This document shows, one piece after another, positions 1-14,398 of a stretch of 64,000 nt of DNA. Location: NCBI GenBank assembly GCA_949358305.1, contig OX442314.1, forward strand, positions 23,498,001-23,562,000, read 5' to 3'. Within the stretch, counting starts at the first letter, position 1, and each line of letters starts with the position of its first letter. The position numbers were made by a program, and so were the translations under genes. The stretch is from Strigamia acuminata. Taxonomy: Eukaryota. A model generated the notes under the pieces. The model did not search any database. It was not told the DNA's origin and saw only the letters and a program-made list of their open reading frames with translations.

Positions 1-916
1 TTTTTATTCATATTTTTCAATTTCCACATTTTCCCCACTTCCTTTACACCAGAAAAAAAGAGAAAGGAAAAAAAATCTTAATCTCTCCTTAAATGTAATT
101 AATTTTTATCCTACACAAAAGCAAGACCTCATTGTTACACCTATTTGATACCATAACTAATCACACAAGGTCTCTTTCTTAACATTTCCACTTTTTCTAT
201 AATGAATTTCCCCATGACAATAGAGGAATATTTCACCACTATTCATCACACCAGCTCTTATGTTGCTGTGACAACAAAATTTGTTTCTAACACTCTAACA
301 CACCTGAAAGGTGTGAAAATACCTCACGATTTTTGTCTCACTACAAAAATACAGGTGGCAGCTTAGCATATTTATGTAAGGGGGCAAACAGCTTGTCCCA
401 TAAACAATCTTCGCAAGGCCTCACTCTCCCTATTACGAATCGAAAGCTGCGCTCTTAGTCTTACTCTGATCCACGTGTTACCATGAACACATGATCCAGA
501 GAAATGCAGCCCCTCCTTTTAACGTAAATAAACCTCACAGTAGATGCGATCTGTCCACCTACAGTCGACAATTATCCCTAAGTTTGGAAACACTTCAACA
601 AGGTGAGCAAGTAAATTATTTAAGCGTTTTTCTTTTAAGGACTAAAGACCCCTAGTGTGAAATAGTTACATTCCAAAGATTAAACTCGTTTTTGATTTAT
701 AGTTCTCTGTGTTGGCCGGGCACGATTCACATAAGACGACTAATTTCATCTGTGGGAGTGTCAATTGTTTATTGAACTCGCCTGACAAACTAAATTCATT
801 GGTTGATCGTAAACATTGATTACTTGACCAATCAAATTTTCATTACGGTTAATAATTGACCAAAAATAAAAAAAGAATAAGTGTCAAAACGCCACTCGAT
901 CGAAACTCATGTAGTC

Positions 917-1143
917 CAGGGCTGTCCAACTGCAAGCCCGAGGGCCACCATTGGTTGCCGGATCCAACCGAAGCATGCCTGCCTTCATTAATCACGTTCA
1001 TATTATTTTTATATTAATGAAAAACATAATTTAAAGTTAATGTTATGAAAAAATAATCTAGTTAATGGATTTTGGCATACAGCCACAAATTGAAAAATAT
1101 CTTTTCGGTCCGCAGAAGTTGGACCCAACAGTTCGCACATCCC
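917..1143. mobile_element. Degenerate hAT(Charlie)-type MITE
   Basis: Left end CAGGGCTGTCCAAC resembles the hAT ends at 20100 and 22546; right end decayed (AGTTCGCACATCCC); no clean TSD. Confidence 0.4.
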
Positions 1144-1219
1144 ATTCTAGAACCTACAAGTCTTAAACGTCTATTTCTTATGCGGATCACTTTAGGTTTT
1201 TAATTAAAAAAAAATTAAT

Positions 1220-1316
1220 TGACAATTTCAATACGCGATTGAAAATTTTCAACCACTGAAGATGACCGGAAACAGTCGAAAGAACCTTTAGTAAAAATCG
1301 CATATTGAAATTGTCA
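1220..1316 (+). other. Degenerate minimal hammerhead-ribozyme-like motif inside a 21-bp inverted repeat (possible Penelope-like relic)
   Basis: CTGAAGA(T)-GACCG-GAAA-CAGTC-GAAA core at 1256-1281, flanked by TGACAATTTCAATACGCGATT / AATCGCATATTGAAATTGTCA. Confidence 0.4.
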
Positions 1317-1320
1317 TTTA

Positions 1321-1423
1321 CTGCATTTCTTCGATTCTGAGACGCACTTTTTTTCCCATATAAGCATCTCTAATAACGGGGAGCGTCTTACAATCAATGG
1401 AGTCTTATAATCAAAGAAATACA
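1321..1423. mobile_element. Tc1/mariner-superfamily (Tc2-like) MITE
   Basis: TA|CTGCATTTCTTCGATTCTGAGAC ... GTCTTATAATCAAAGAAATACAG|TA; related partial copy at about 9637-9710. Confidence 0.65.
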
Positions 1424-1425
1424 GT

Positions 1426-1958
1426 ACAGTCGAAACTCTTTATAACGAATCGCAAGAGACTCGAAAAATCGATTCGTTATAACAAGAATTCGTTACATCG
1501 AATTTTTTTTTAACATGGTGATCCTGCAGATTTTGACTTTACTCGTGCGCATGTGCAGGTTGAACTTTTAATGCCAAATCAGCCATTTTAGACATCAAAA
1601 CCTAATGTTTAGAAAGTGTAATGAAACGGTTCTGTCCATCCGTCTGCATCGATTCCTTCCAAATGAAAGCAGCTAGAGCCAAACGGGCAACTGCAATAAA
1701 CTCAGCATACCTTCATTAGGTTCCTAAGATATTTTCGTATTTTTCCAACCTCCGGTTTAATTAAAAAACTGGTTATTACACTTTTTTACAAACCGGAACC
1801 GGAAATGACGTTTTTTTCTTTTTTTTTTTAAAGGACAGACGGACAGACAGACAGGGATTTAGAAGTCTAAGATGTAATGCTTCCATGCATTACTTGTTTA
1901 GGTATTCATTACATCGATAATTCGTTATATCGCGATTCGTTATAAAAAGTTTCGACTG
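1426..1958. mobile_element. pogo/Tigger-like MITE, copy 1 (with nested insertion)
   Basis: TIR CAGTCGAAACTCTTTATAACGAATCGC / GCGATTCGTTATAAAAAGTTTCGACTG with TA TSD; same family at 14399-14578 and 32487-32585. Confidence 0.85.
1586..1895 (+). mobile_element. Helentron-associated (DINE-1/HINE-like) non-autonomous element nested in the MITE
   Basis: Subterminal inverted repeats (TTAGACATCAAAACC / GGATTTAGAAGTCTAA), GACA/GACG microsatellite, 3' hairpin GTAATGC-TTCCAT-GCATTAC; second copy inverted at 20483-20753. Confidence 0.7.
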
Positions 1959-1982
1959 TAATTCTTTTTATATTAAAAACCT

Positions 1983-2158
1983 AAAGTTTGCACCCAAAAT
2001 CTTGACGTCAAAATCAAACTAAAAAATCCCTGTCTGCGCAGCAAATACATGATTTTTAGAAATCACTTCTGTAAAATACACAATTTGAAACTTGTATTTT
2101 CATGTGCAAAAAATAGAATTTAGTGTTTGATTTTGGCATCAAGATACCGAGCGAACTG
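1983..2158. mobile_element. MITE with CAGTTCGC...TATCTTGATGC TIR family
   Basis: Left AAAGTTTGCACCCAAAATCTTGACGTCAAAATCAAAC and right GTTTGATTTTGGCATCAAGATACCGAGCGAACTG|TA are inverted repeats. One-ended relatives at about 18467-18580, 26782-26890, 28392-28495 and 33352-33470. Confidence 0.6.
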
Positions 2159-5100
2159 TAATTGTCCCCAAATTGCGTATTGATAGGTAAAAGTATCCTG
2201 GTTCATATTTTCCATGAACCAGGATACCTTTTTACATATCAATACTTATTTTCCCATGTCAACAAACACTTCCTTGATTGTATTCATTAATCAAACAGTC
2301 ATAGACCTGCGATGGTGAAAAAACAAAGATACAATGCACACAGCCTGCCAAAGATAATATACAATCATCTCTAAACAGACATAGCTGTTCTTTCAAATAA
2401 CTCCATCACACGCATTCAATTTATCTTCATTTCAAGTACATTAGAAATTAGTGGTCGGCAAAATGGAGATTGTATTAATTTAAGAATTTAAAAAAATTAA
2501 AAAAATTAAAAATTTAAAAGCCCCAAAGCTTCCTTCTATAGACCATTAACTCGCAAAGAGGAAGCAAAAAATGCACTTGAAGGTATCAAAAATGTGCTTA
2601 CCCAAGACAATAATAAATTGCACCTTTTGTAAATGAGAAAGTAAGTGACCTCTTGTCGCCATTGAAACTCGCACAAGGTACAAATTAAATACTCAATTGC
2701 CCCGCAAAGGTGCATTAAGCAACAACTGGATGGCCTTTATATGAATTCCATCGCTGCAAATGTTGACAAAAAAATGTTTGTACATAATAAAGTCATCACA
2801 CATATATCTTCTCTTAAATTTGCAATAATCAATCACTTGTCAATGAACACAGCTGGGTGGATCGTTCTTTCCCGCAGTTCTAATTAGCTACTTGCAAATA
2901 TCCTTAAGAAGAGAACCCCACCCACAGAAAAGAGCAGTTAATTAGTGAGTTTTAGGTGAACATTAAAATTAATTGCACCATTCCACAGTAACACTAATAA
3001 AGGTTTTAAGAAATACTAAGTTTATTCTAACTTTTCAGAGTTTCCCATAAAATGAGCAACCTAATTTTACAAACATGAAATTTTGGATATTTTGTGCTTT
3101 TTAATTTCCAATACAAACAATCCTGCATACATACCGTATTTTACCGATTAAGAGTCGCCCTCGAATAGTAGCCGCGGCTCAGACACCAAGAATACCACAT
3201 TTTTGCAAAAGTACGGTATTGTTTCCGTATTTAACCTCACGAACGATGAACGTACGCTTCGTTCGTGACGTTCAGACTTCATTTGTTACATTAAACAAAT
3301 GTAAACAAACGAAAAACCAAAATTATAATTACTGACAAAAATGGCAGTTTAATCAATAAAATACGGTATTTATCGCAAAGGTATTTTGATCCCAAAAAAT
3401 AGAGGCCTCGAGTCAAATTCTCCATTTATTTGACCACATGCTGAATAATAACTTAATGCATATAAATAAATCCTAATTTCAAACCCACACCAGCTTTACC
3501 GAACAGTCAACCAAGCATTTCTGTCTTATCACACATCTCAGTAATAAGAAGATAGACGTTTTTTCCTTGAGCACTTTCCCTTTCGCCCACCTCATTTTTA
3601 AGCTGCAAGAAGCGCCACCTACAAGAAACTATAGCAAAATAAGCTGACTTCAAAGACAACAAACTGAGATAACGTCGTAAAAGCTCATCAGACACATCTC
3701 ACAGCAACAAAAAAAAAACACTCAATTAGCAGCCATGACTTGTACAAATCGTTACTCCTGTTTATTTTAAGACGATCCTGGTCCAAGTCGTCCCAAGCGA
3801 CATTTATTTCTACATCAAACAAAGAAATATTTAAAATTCTGCATCCAAAACTTGCAAACTCCTAAATAACAAGCTTGCACGAAGCAAAAAGGTCCATTAA
3901 ACCCTTTCATCCCATGAAACTACATCAATAAACCTTCTTCTCCTTTGAAGCTTGACACTAATTGTTTTATAAACTCAGAGCACAAAAAAAGTTATGTCGA
4001 GAAGTTCAACTAGTTAATGTAAACCTAATTCAGACATTTTATGACGTTCATATTGCTGGCTTTTTATTTTATTTTAAAGAGGGAGTGGGCCCTAAACAAA
4101 CAGATCCCGGATTTGGCATCATTTGCTCGCAATTTATGACCTATTAAAGCTAACAATAAGAAAAAATTGAACAAGGCAACATGCATATGTTTAAATTACT
4201 AGATATAAAAAAAAATCCAATCAGCCATTTTTCAGATCAATATCACAAAGAATATAAACAACTGATTACAAATCCCAATCAAAGGTTCTACCAGTCACGA
4301 TTATACCCGAGGCTGCTACCAGCCACCCGCTTAGGTATATTGATGTCACTATTTTTCAAAAAATGTCGGTTCGATGGTGACATGAACAAAAGAACAATTC
4401 GCAAACTACTTCCCACTTTGTAATTGCTTCCGCCAATAATTTTTTTAAAAAAATATTTAGGCTAGATAAAAAAAATGGGATGCAATGCAACCAAATTACA
4501 ACGTAGTAGCACCGACTTGTTGCACTGAAAGAGCACAATGTTGCTGTCTACTACATTGGATGCAACCACTATTGCCTCAAATCAATCTGTTTCTGTGGCT
4601 CTAGTACATCTCAGTCTAACCAGTGTCTGAAAATGCATATTTTTCTACCTCAAAAAGCAATTATTACCTCAAAATGTATTTTTCTGCCTGCAATTTTTTT
4701 TGCTTAAAAATGTATTTTTCTGCTATAAAGGCTATTTACGTAGAACTCCGTCTTGTCTAAAAATGCAATTTTTACCTGAAAATGTATTTTTTTTGCTTGA
4801 AAATGTATTTTTCTGCTATAAAGGCTATTTCTAAACGTTAAACATTTCGATTTTTTTATTTCAGTTTTCGGAGTGGGGGCATACATTTAAAGTTCCAATA
4901 GGTCTTATAATCACTGGGTCAACATTATCAAAGTCAGAAACCATGAGCCCTGTGCATTTATATCACTTTCTTTGCAAAACTAGTCCTTATTTAATGTAGT
5001 AAACAGAAGAAAATTCACCTAAACATTTCAGTTTTAAAATTGTCTGTCGTGTTTTTCCCACAGAAAATAGAGAATTTAAAAACAAATCCAAAGATTCCCA

Positions 5101-8100
5101 ACAATAAACATCACGCACTGTCCATATGCCCAAGTAAATCATAGTAACCAAAGATGAGTTCCCAGGCCACTCACTAGCGTGGAAACCGTATGAATAAACT
5201 CCAAAAATGCACAAAACATCGCAACCAGACTTAAATACTCATATTTCTAAATTATAAAAAAAAAAAAATTACGTCACTTATGGTAATTATACATTTCAGT
5301 TTTTGTTTTCTTACTCGAAAATCCCGAAACTTTGGGGCCCTGCCCTGTTAACTGGGCCTAGTATAGTAACATATAAAACCTCAAATTCAACTCGATTAAC
5401 TCCCAAAGTAAATTAAAACCATTCCTTTGATTAGTGACAACCGAGAACAACAACCATGAATTACAGAACATCTACTTTTTTCTTATTATATTTTTATTTA
5501 CTTATATTTTTTTCCCAACACCATAAATTTTGCATAATCCAACAAGTTGCTGCCGATGTATAATTACTGTCATCCACCAAAGCCATTTTATTTTCCCCAA
5601 CCAATCTTTTTCAATTCTCCTCTCCATCTTCCGAACCTGTACATAAAAGAGCGGAGTCATCCAACAAGAAAACCAACCTATACAATACCCTTTTTGTCAA
5701 AACATCAACACCTAAACAATTAAAATCCATCAACAACCAAGACCAATCACAACTGACCACAACATTATTAACCAAATCTCCCAATCACTGAATGGCCTCA
5801 AACACTTGATAAATGTGTCAGTAGGCCAAGACGACTTCCAGCAGCTCCAATCATCGCCAAGCAAAAATACAAATGTGCAGCCGAGAGTGAACACCTAGAA
5901 GGGCGCGGTCAATGCTGTACCGGTCAAACACTCAAACGCACAAGACTAGGCCATATATATATCGCTCCAATTTACATTTCCCTCCCCCCCCCATATTTTT
6001 TCCCTACACCGCACGGCTTGAGTCGATTAAATGAGCTGAATATAAATGACATGAAAAGATTTAAAAGACACGTTAAAGGGATCAACATTTTCATAAAAGG
6101 CTTTAATTTGTATTCATATACATTATAGCAGCAACTTTTCCTTGTCATGTCGCTTTCCACTCTTCTTTGGACACACAACCCATAATTAGTTATCCCACGC
6201 TCAAGTGGACAAGGAAGAAAAGATTCAAGGCCCTTTAATACACTACTAAACGTCTTCGCACAATCCAAGCCACTTTTTAACTCCACAATAAAAACCTACA
6301 TTTAAAAATACAAAGAAATGCGTCCAGGAGGCTGAAAAATTAACTTGTCATACAAGTAAGATGCAAGGGCTCGTCTCACAATAATAATCATTATAAACCC
6401 TTTACTCCCAAGCTATTTTTTAGCCTTTTCAACTTTCACTTTTATACCTTTCCAATTTTCTAATACAACACGAACAACTTCAACAACATTTTGAATTTGA
6501 ATTGTTCGTAAGTCCAGCAAAGGTGTACAAGATGGATGGATTTTTTGACGTAGAACTACGTCTTTAGGCGGTAAAACAATCGGATGAGAATGATATAGAG
6601 AACGGAAATGACGTAGGAACGGAAATTCAAACAAACAAACAATGCGACACAACATTCGCATCCACGCCATCTGTTGATGGCACAAACCAATACTCACAGC
6701 AACTACAAACAACAACAAAGCCATAGAATATATGATTAAACTACCAAAGAGATAAGACTAACACCTAACTATAACTCGTAAGAATTAATAAAGGTACACA
6801 TTAAACAAAATTTTAAATCTTACTTTAAATGTTCGTACGTACAACTCACTGTACAAAAACATTTCGCAAGTGAAAAAAAAATTTCAAAAACAAAATGAAA
6901 AACGAAGATAAATTATACTTTTACCCGTTTTAAACGCAAGATAAAGAAATACAATAGCAAGATCAGATGAGGTCACATCCACGCGGACGGCACGCGAAAG
7001 GCCGAATAGGGTCAGCAATTTTAACCCAAGGCGTAGGTCAGTAGCTGACCGCAAAGCAAATTCTTATGCATTACCACGTTAAAGCCACAACTTTATTCTT
7101 CTGTGGTTAAAAATCAACCGCATCAAAACCGTTTTCACGTTTTCCTCACTTCGTTTATTTAAATTCTCGCATTTTTTCCCCCCAACTATTTTTTTCCATA
7201 TCTTTAAAAGTGGTTTCTCTCCTCGCTCCATGACTTTAATTTGAATGCATAACTAATTTTTTCCAGGTGCTTTTATCTCCTCAGCCCTACAGCCATTTTT
7301 TCCTACTCCCAGACAACAATAAACGCCGTGGGATGCCTCTCTATAATGAAAAATTTATGCACCCACCTCCAAAAACTCACTAGGAGGCACACTTCACAGA
7401 AACTTTCTTTTTGGCCTGACCGTAGTGCATAAATTACGTAGAAATGTAATCTGCATTGCCCGGAATGGATTACACGCCATTTTAGAAACCAAACTTCTTA
7501 ATGATGCATACCACGATTATCCTCCTCCTTTGGAGATCGAATTAACTCCACAAAAACATCGAAAACTTTCATCCCACTACACGCCACAGAAAAACAAAGC
7601 TCCATTCCTAGCTGACACATCATTAATAGCGAGTCCTGCTCATTAGTCACTGCATAATTTGACTGATTAAAATCAGCTGGACTTTTCAATGTCTTTTTAA
7701 ACACGCCATTAGTGCTTTCAAAATAAATTAATAAATTAAAACGACGGTAAACTTTGTGCAGAAAATGTCTTTACAGCCCATTTAAATTATAACTCAACAT
7801 CTTTCTAAAATACTTTCAATTTGGACGCTATTAATGGCATGTTAAGAGTTACTCAAAAGTGAAACTGATTTCTATCAAATTATGGTGTAAGTAATGAGCG
7901 GAACTCACTATTAATGGTCTGTCAAGCAACGGCGCGAAGTGTTTGTAAAGTAGGATATAGCAGTTTATAATAATGACGATTGGATTTAAACGATATAGGG
8001 TTGATGGCTGTAAATTAAGTTTAAATTTTTTTTTTTTACATTTAAAATGTTCTCTGTGTGGTCCGGACATAAGATGAGCTCCACAAAGTTTTCCGGGCTG

Positions 8101-9719
8101 GATAATGTCCATTCAGACTTTCTAGACCGAACAACAAATGTCACATAGATAAAAGACAACTCGCTTTGTCCAGTGTTCGAATGGGAGAAAGAATTTAACA
8201 TTGCTAGGTATCAATTAGACTTGGACTCCAGTCCGGACCACACTGCATAATTTTTTTATTGCGAAATATGCAAATTTCGTATAAATTTCTAGTGACCTCC
8301 ACTCGTGGTATCACGATGCGTCTTAGGTCCTGTTATATTTTTATCAACAAATAAATGATGTTACTTATGGCTTGTCCAATTCAATGTACCTAAAATCATT
8401 TATTTGTTATTCATACAATTAACATTTTGCTTCATTACTTCGCAAAATTTACTATTTTACAATAGATTCTCGTGTCCAACCTCGCAACACGGCATTACAC
8501 GACCGTATTCTACGATTTATTGAATGCCCCTAGTGTAAAGCTGTAAACTGCGCATAAAACTAAATTACTGCTCTTATTTCTTTCCTAACGCAACACACAC
8601 GTAACATTTCATTTTCTAATTTCTTTTCTAATGCAAAACACACACGTTTGCATTTCTTTCCTTTTTCAAATTTCATTATTTATGCATCCACATGTTCCAA
8701 TATTCTCAATTACAAGCTTGAAAATATAAAATTAAGGCAATATCCCATTAGCCTTGATCAAACACACTTAACACTTTTATTACTTGTGTACACAAATCTT
8801 CCTTGATTACACCTCTGAAATCGAAATCTGGGCCCATTCAATTCAAGCTAAGCTTATAGTATGTATGAAAACAACTTTTCCACACAAATTATTCCCCATG
8901 ATTAGCTGCTGACAGATTCAACAACCACTCAGTAATGCAATACACGTTGAAATTACTGGGAGGTAAAAAGAGTTGAGGTATTGCACAGCAACTTTAGGAG
9001 GTCACAAGTCCATTTTCTCTTTTGACCATATAAGTTTCTTCATAGCTTCTGGAAATGCTTATAATTTTCAAGCATAAAACCGATAGCAAAGGTCAGTGAG
9101 GCCACAGCTTCAAATTATAGGGGATGGTTTTATAAAAAGTATGGAGGCCAACAAACTGAACGACTCTAAAATTAGGACTTATTTTTTTTTTTAAAAAAAT
9201 AAAAAAAAATAAAAAAAATAATAATTTAAAAAAAAAATCTCGTCGCGCTAAGCAGAAAACGTGAACTAAATAAACAAACTCCAAAAACCACAACGAAAAA
9301 AAAAATACCATTGACCACCTACTGATTTTCAACTTGCGTTTAGATTGAGACAAACAGCCTTAATTAAATAAGCCTAATGCAGTTCCTTCAACTGCCAACA
9401 AACGTCAATTTTAAGATTTACCCATTCTCCTCTCTAAAAAGGAAAGTGAAATTAAAAAAAAAAAAACTATGAAAAGCTTTTCAATTTAAATCAAGTGGGG
9501 AGCAACACATCAACATGGGGTTAGCTTCTAAGCTTTTACACCTTTTCGCCTCCAGGTGCAAACTACCACAATTTAAAGAATACTTACGACCCACCCAAAG
9601 TTGAATTAAGTCCCAAAAAAATACACAAATAATAACACGCACTTTTTCCCATATAAACACATCTCTAATAAGTGCATCTTACAATCGATGGCGTTTTAGA
9701 ATAGAAGAAAGGCGCTGTT

Positions 9720-10012
9720 TTTATAGAGATTAAATTATTTTTACACTATTTTCCCTTATTTTTACACTATTTTCCCTTATTTTTACACTATTTTCCCTTA
9801 TTTTTACACTAAAAATCCCTGACTTTTACACTAAATTTCTGAATACCAACACTATTTTCCCTTATTTCTACACTACAAAATTCATACACATCAAGGACTG
9901 GGTTAGGTTAGGTTAGGTTAGGTTAGGTAGAAAAAGGAAAGCGGGATCGTGTAAAATTTAGTTTCTTTTAGTGTAAAAATAAGGCAAAATAGTGTATAAA
10001 TAAATGAAGTCC
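9720..10012. mobile_element. Foldback/Mutator-like non-autonomous element with tandem subterminal repeats and internal (TTAGG)n
   Basis: Tandem ~21-22 bp TTTTTACACTATTTTCCCTTA units on the left, inverted copies (TAGTGTAAAAATAAGGCAAAATAGTGTA) on the right, five TTAGG units at 9903-9927. Superfamily is an inference. Confidence 0.55.
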
Positions 10013-13000
10013 ATTTTTATTTATTAATCGAGCGGATAAAAAGTCTAAATAGAGAAATACTTGCGGAGACAGACAGATAGAAATTCAAGATTAGAGTTGA
10101 TTTTGATATGATAAAAAAAAATCAAAAGAAGCTTTAGGGAAGTTTAAAATACAAAGAAAACCCAAGGACTTAATTTTTGTTTAATAGACATGTCAAAACG
10201 TGCAATAGACACGTTTGACGGATCACTCATACCGCATACTGTTTATTAAAATTAAATTACTACATGAAGCAAATGGTTTGCAAAATTCGCACCTAAAAAA
10301 AAAAAATAATGTTTTTAATTAAGGTGAGATTGTCGATTGTCTAAAACCTAAGGTTGGAATGATAATTGTAGTTAAAAACCAGGTATGGTAATATAAATCA
10401 ATGGGGAAATTTATCATCAGTAACCTAATTTATATTGCTTTTTTTAAAAAAAAAACTAACAATAAAAAACGGCACCCCTCATTTGAAAACTTAATTTTAA
10501 TACTTTTTTTTTTTCATTTCTCGCTCTTATTTATCAATTTATTGGCGCATTATTAATCAATCTGTCGTGAAATAAATTAACAATCACGGATGTGTTCAGA
10601 AAATTCTTTTTTTATTTCACAGTTTTGTCTCAGCATGCCCGGGACTTGATTTAAATCTCTCTCTCAGCAAGTAACGCAAAAAAAACGATAGCAATTTATA
10701 TCAATCAACCTCTAATAATTCCTCGTATCATTTATTGTGCAGCCAATAAATTAAAAATCACGCAAAGCAAAAAAAAAATACAAAAAAAAAAACCAAAATA
10801 TTTCCAAATCAAAATATTTATGAATATTCATTCATTAAACCCTAAAATTTAAGTGATTTCACACATTATAAATACAAAGCCTTTCACACTAATGCACTAA
10901 GTTACACTTGGCTACACCCAATTGATTCGCACCTTGGTCAATTTCATTCCACGTCCTTTGCTTCCGGAAGCGTGCGCAATAAAATCGATCAAATGAGTGA
11001 CTTGCGAGGCAAACGGCCTTGCTGTGTGGACGATTGGCTAACTCACCTGTACAAAGTGTCCTTGAATCTCAAGATTAAACTGGGGTTAAGACAAAGACGA
11101 CAACTTCAAAACGTCCTTCAACAAATATGTCAAATATTTGACAGGCCAAAACATTTTTTTTCTAAAACTGTTCATGGTGAGCGCCGTGTCAAGAGTTGAC
11201 ATGCACGCACTCATTTGACACGCAAAAAGGCAAAAAAACGCCTCAACTTGTCTACTCACTTAATGTCATCGTAAGAAAACGAGCGAATCACAAGAACGAA
11301 GAATAATCATCGTCCCAATCATTCTGCAAAGTTCAAAATCGTCGTTGCATGTAAAAAGAGATTAGCAGACTAATTAAATCCACTTAAAACTTTCACAGAA
11401 GATGGCACGCGATTTTAATGCATTCTCCGCGGCAAATTGGTCCCGTGTGCGGAATTATGTAAAATAAATGCACGAAATATGCATAAAACAAATTGATATT
11501 GCTGTAGTTTAATGTGCAATGGTTAAAAACCAACACCTTGTGACATTTTGGCCAATTTATTTACATTTTTTTTTCTTCCATCCAATTTTCTACTTATTCC
11601 CTGCTGGGTTTGCAAGATTGAAATGCTAAATAAAAAAAAATTAGTGGAGATAATCATCACATTTTTACACGAACATCTGGCAAACGATATTACATAATAA
11701 TGAATTAAGTAATAATTAAAATGTATTAACGACAAAAAAAAAGGTAAATATTAAACAGCGTGATGCAACCCAAGAGTCAAATGGCTGGCTTACATCATTT
11801 ATTTTTCCCAGCGTTTAGACTGCAAATTCCAGGAATTTGATCCAGCACCAGTTGCAAGAACACCTCACCTGACCGAGATGAAAAAAAGAACTTTGGTCGA
11901 TTAAAAAAGATTTTTTTTAACAGCATTCGGTTTTTGCTGTTTTTAGTGTTTTTATACAACAGAATGGACATCAAAAACGGCGATAAACCATCATCAAAAA
12001 CTGTAAAAACATGAGCGGCGACTAGAGTGATTCTACAAGTGGTTTATGCAACCTGGTCTTCATTTTTACAACCAAATTCAAAATGGCTTCTACCCAAGTT
12101 AGATCGGAGTCATACTTCCAATTGTTGTAATGAATCCTCGAAAAACGTGCGTAAAAGCAGAATTGTGTCGAAAAAAGTGGGTTTTAATTCGTTCAGTAGA
12201 CGAAAACGAAGCAATTTTAATTGCCATTGACTTGTAAAACAATAAAAACCCAAAACTAAACCCCAAACAGCTACAAAAAGTAATATGTGCATTCAAAATT
12301 TGTTTTTACCGTTTTTGCTGTTTCTATAATCCGAATGGACAGCAAAACAGTCAAAAACAATCACCAAAAACTCCAAAAACCGGAAAAACTGACAAAACTA
12401 GACAGTTTCCTGTCAATTTCCCTCAAAAAAACATGTGCATCCAGCATTAGTATTTATTGATGTAAATAAATAAATAATTAAAACGTGCAAACAACCGAGA
12501 CAATCGACCAATACTGTCGATCCCTCAACGTAAAATTTCAATCCTCTCAATTTCTCAATTACATAAATTAGGTTACTTCCGGTATTCCAGTCGGAAAACC
12601 TAGAGAATTGACTTGAGATTCCATGCAAATTAGTTATGTAAAGTTAAAAAAAAAATATTTCAAATATGAATAAGCCTAATAACCACACTCTCCATTCGTC
12701 TAAATTGACGACATTCCTTCTATCATAAGTACCAATCTCGAAGGATGAAAATGAAAGAGAAAAAAAAAAAAGAAAAACCTTTTACGCTATTCACATTAAT
12801 GTGCAAAGTGGAACCCATAGAGTCGAACAAAAACCACTTCACCCGTAAAAATTTCAAAAAACAGGTCAAAGGTGAAAAAAGTGCGCAAAGACCATTAATT
12901 ACCCAGCTGCCGACCAAAACAAGCTTGACTGTAATTATTCTCACATCTCTCTCGCCTCCAACGCTTTTATCTTTCCCTTAATCAAAGGATAAACTACAAA

Positions 13001-14398
13001 TAGCGAAAAAGACTCCAAAACTCGTGTAGGAGAGCGCACGATTATCAGCCTCGTTACAACGTAGCCATGACTTCATTTACGGAAGACTGCTCGCACACCG
13101 TGCCAGACACGAGCCAGAAATGCGAACACGTTCACTCAACTAGATAAAAAAAAAACTCATATCTTCCACAGTAGATAACTCGCTTTCTTCCACCGATGGA
13201 AATAAATACTGGGTTGTCGCTTAAAAATCCAACCTCTGATTTTTCTAAACCAAAAAAAAAAAGAAAAAAAAAAAGAAATATATATAAAAAAATTAAAAAA
13301 TTAAATTTTTTTAATTTTGTAAATTATTCATGGCCATCATTCAACTATTTTTTTTTTGTTTCCACTTTTCAGCAAAAGTGCAACGACAACGTGTCATAAT
13401 TACACATTCATTTCACGTGAAAAGTTCCTTCAGGCACAAGGTGTCACCCAGTCGTATCTCGGATGGGAGTTCGGCTAGATACATCTAATGCAATTAACCA
13501 ACAAATAATCAAAAAATAAAAAACACTTTTCACACACAACCACGACCTGTGTCCACATTCTAAACCCCAATTCCACCTGCAAAATGCAAAATCACACCTC
13601 TCAAGCCCATCACTCACCTCACAAATAAAACTAAGCAACATTTTGTACTTATTCATTCATTCACCATAACCCCACACAGTCCAATTAATTTTACTCAGAT
13701 CTAAGCACAGATTAACTCTTATTCCTCATGTAGTCATCCATCTTAAAACCACCCGTGTTAAGACCACTAAGGGACAAACCAGACCCTGCAGACACAGTTT
13801 AATTCCATGAAGAAGGACCATTATAAATTACAGAGTCCAAGCATAACTCTTTCCGTCGGCACAGTCGCGGACCCATTCCTTTTGATCAGGAGAAAAATGT
13901 TGCTCTCATCTGACAATTATGCATCAACTTTTTTAAAAAGACAACATAATTATTTTTATTTATACAAATTAAGTGAATTCGAGCACCTAAAAACTGCACA
14001 GGGGCCCCCAAGATGCCCGTGAGCCCCATGTGGTGTCAATCCGCCATGAGTGTAGGTTACACTACGACCGCAGGAATGAGGACAGAGTGGGTTTAAGTCT
14101 TTAAATCAGAGATTAATTCGCGTAATAAAAGTTATAAGAAAAATTACTCGGAACAAATAATCGGGAACAGGTCAAGGAAAGGGAGATTTAAAAAAAATAA
14201 TAATTACTTTTTTCTATATTATCTGCTTTTCATCATTCAAGTGCACATGCCTTAATTATACCATGCCTATTGCTACTTACGGAAAACCCATTATTATAAC
14301 TTAATAGCTGATTAATTGTTATATTGGTATCTTAACAGCCATCTAATGAGTCCGCAATAACATATGGACGATTAATATAATTAATATTTTGCATCATA

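Noticed and set aside
9900..9930. True telomere or chromosome-fusion site
   Set aside because: Only five units, one orientation, embedded in a TE-like structure.
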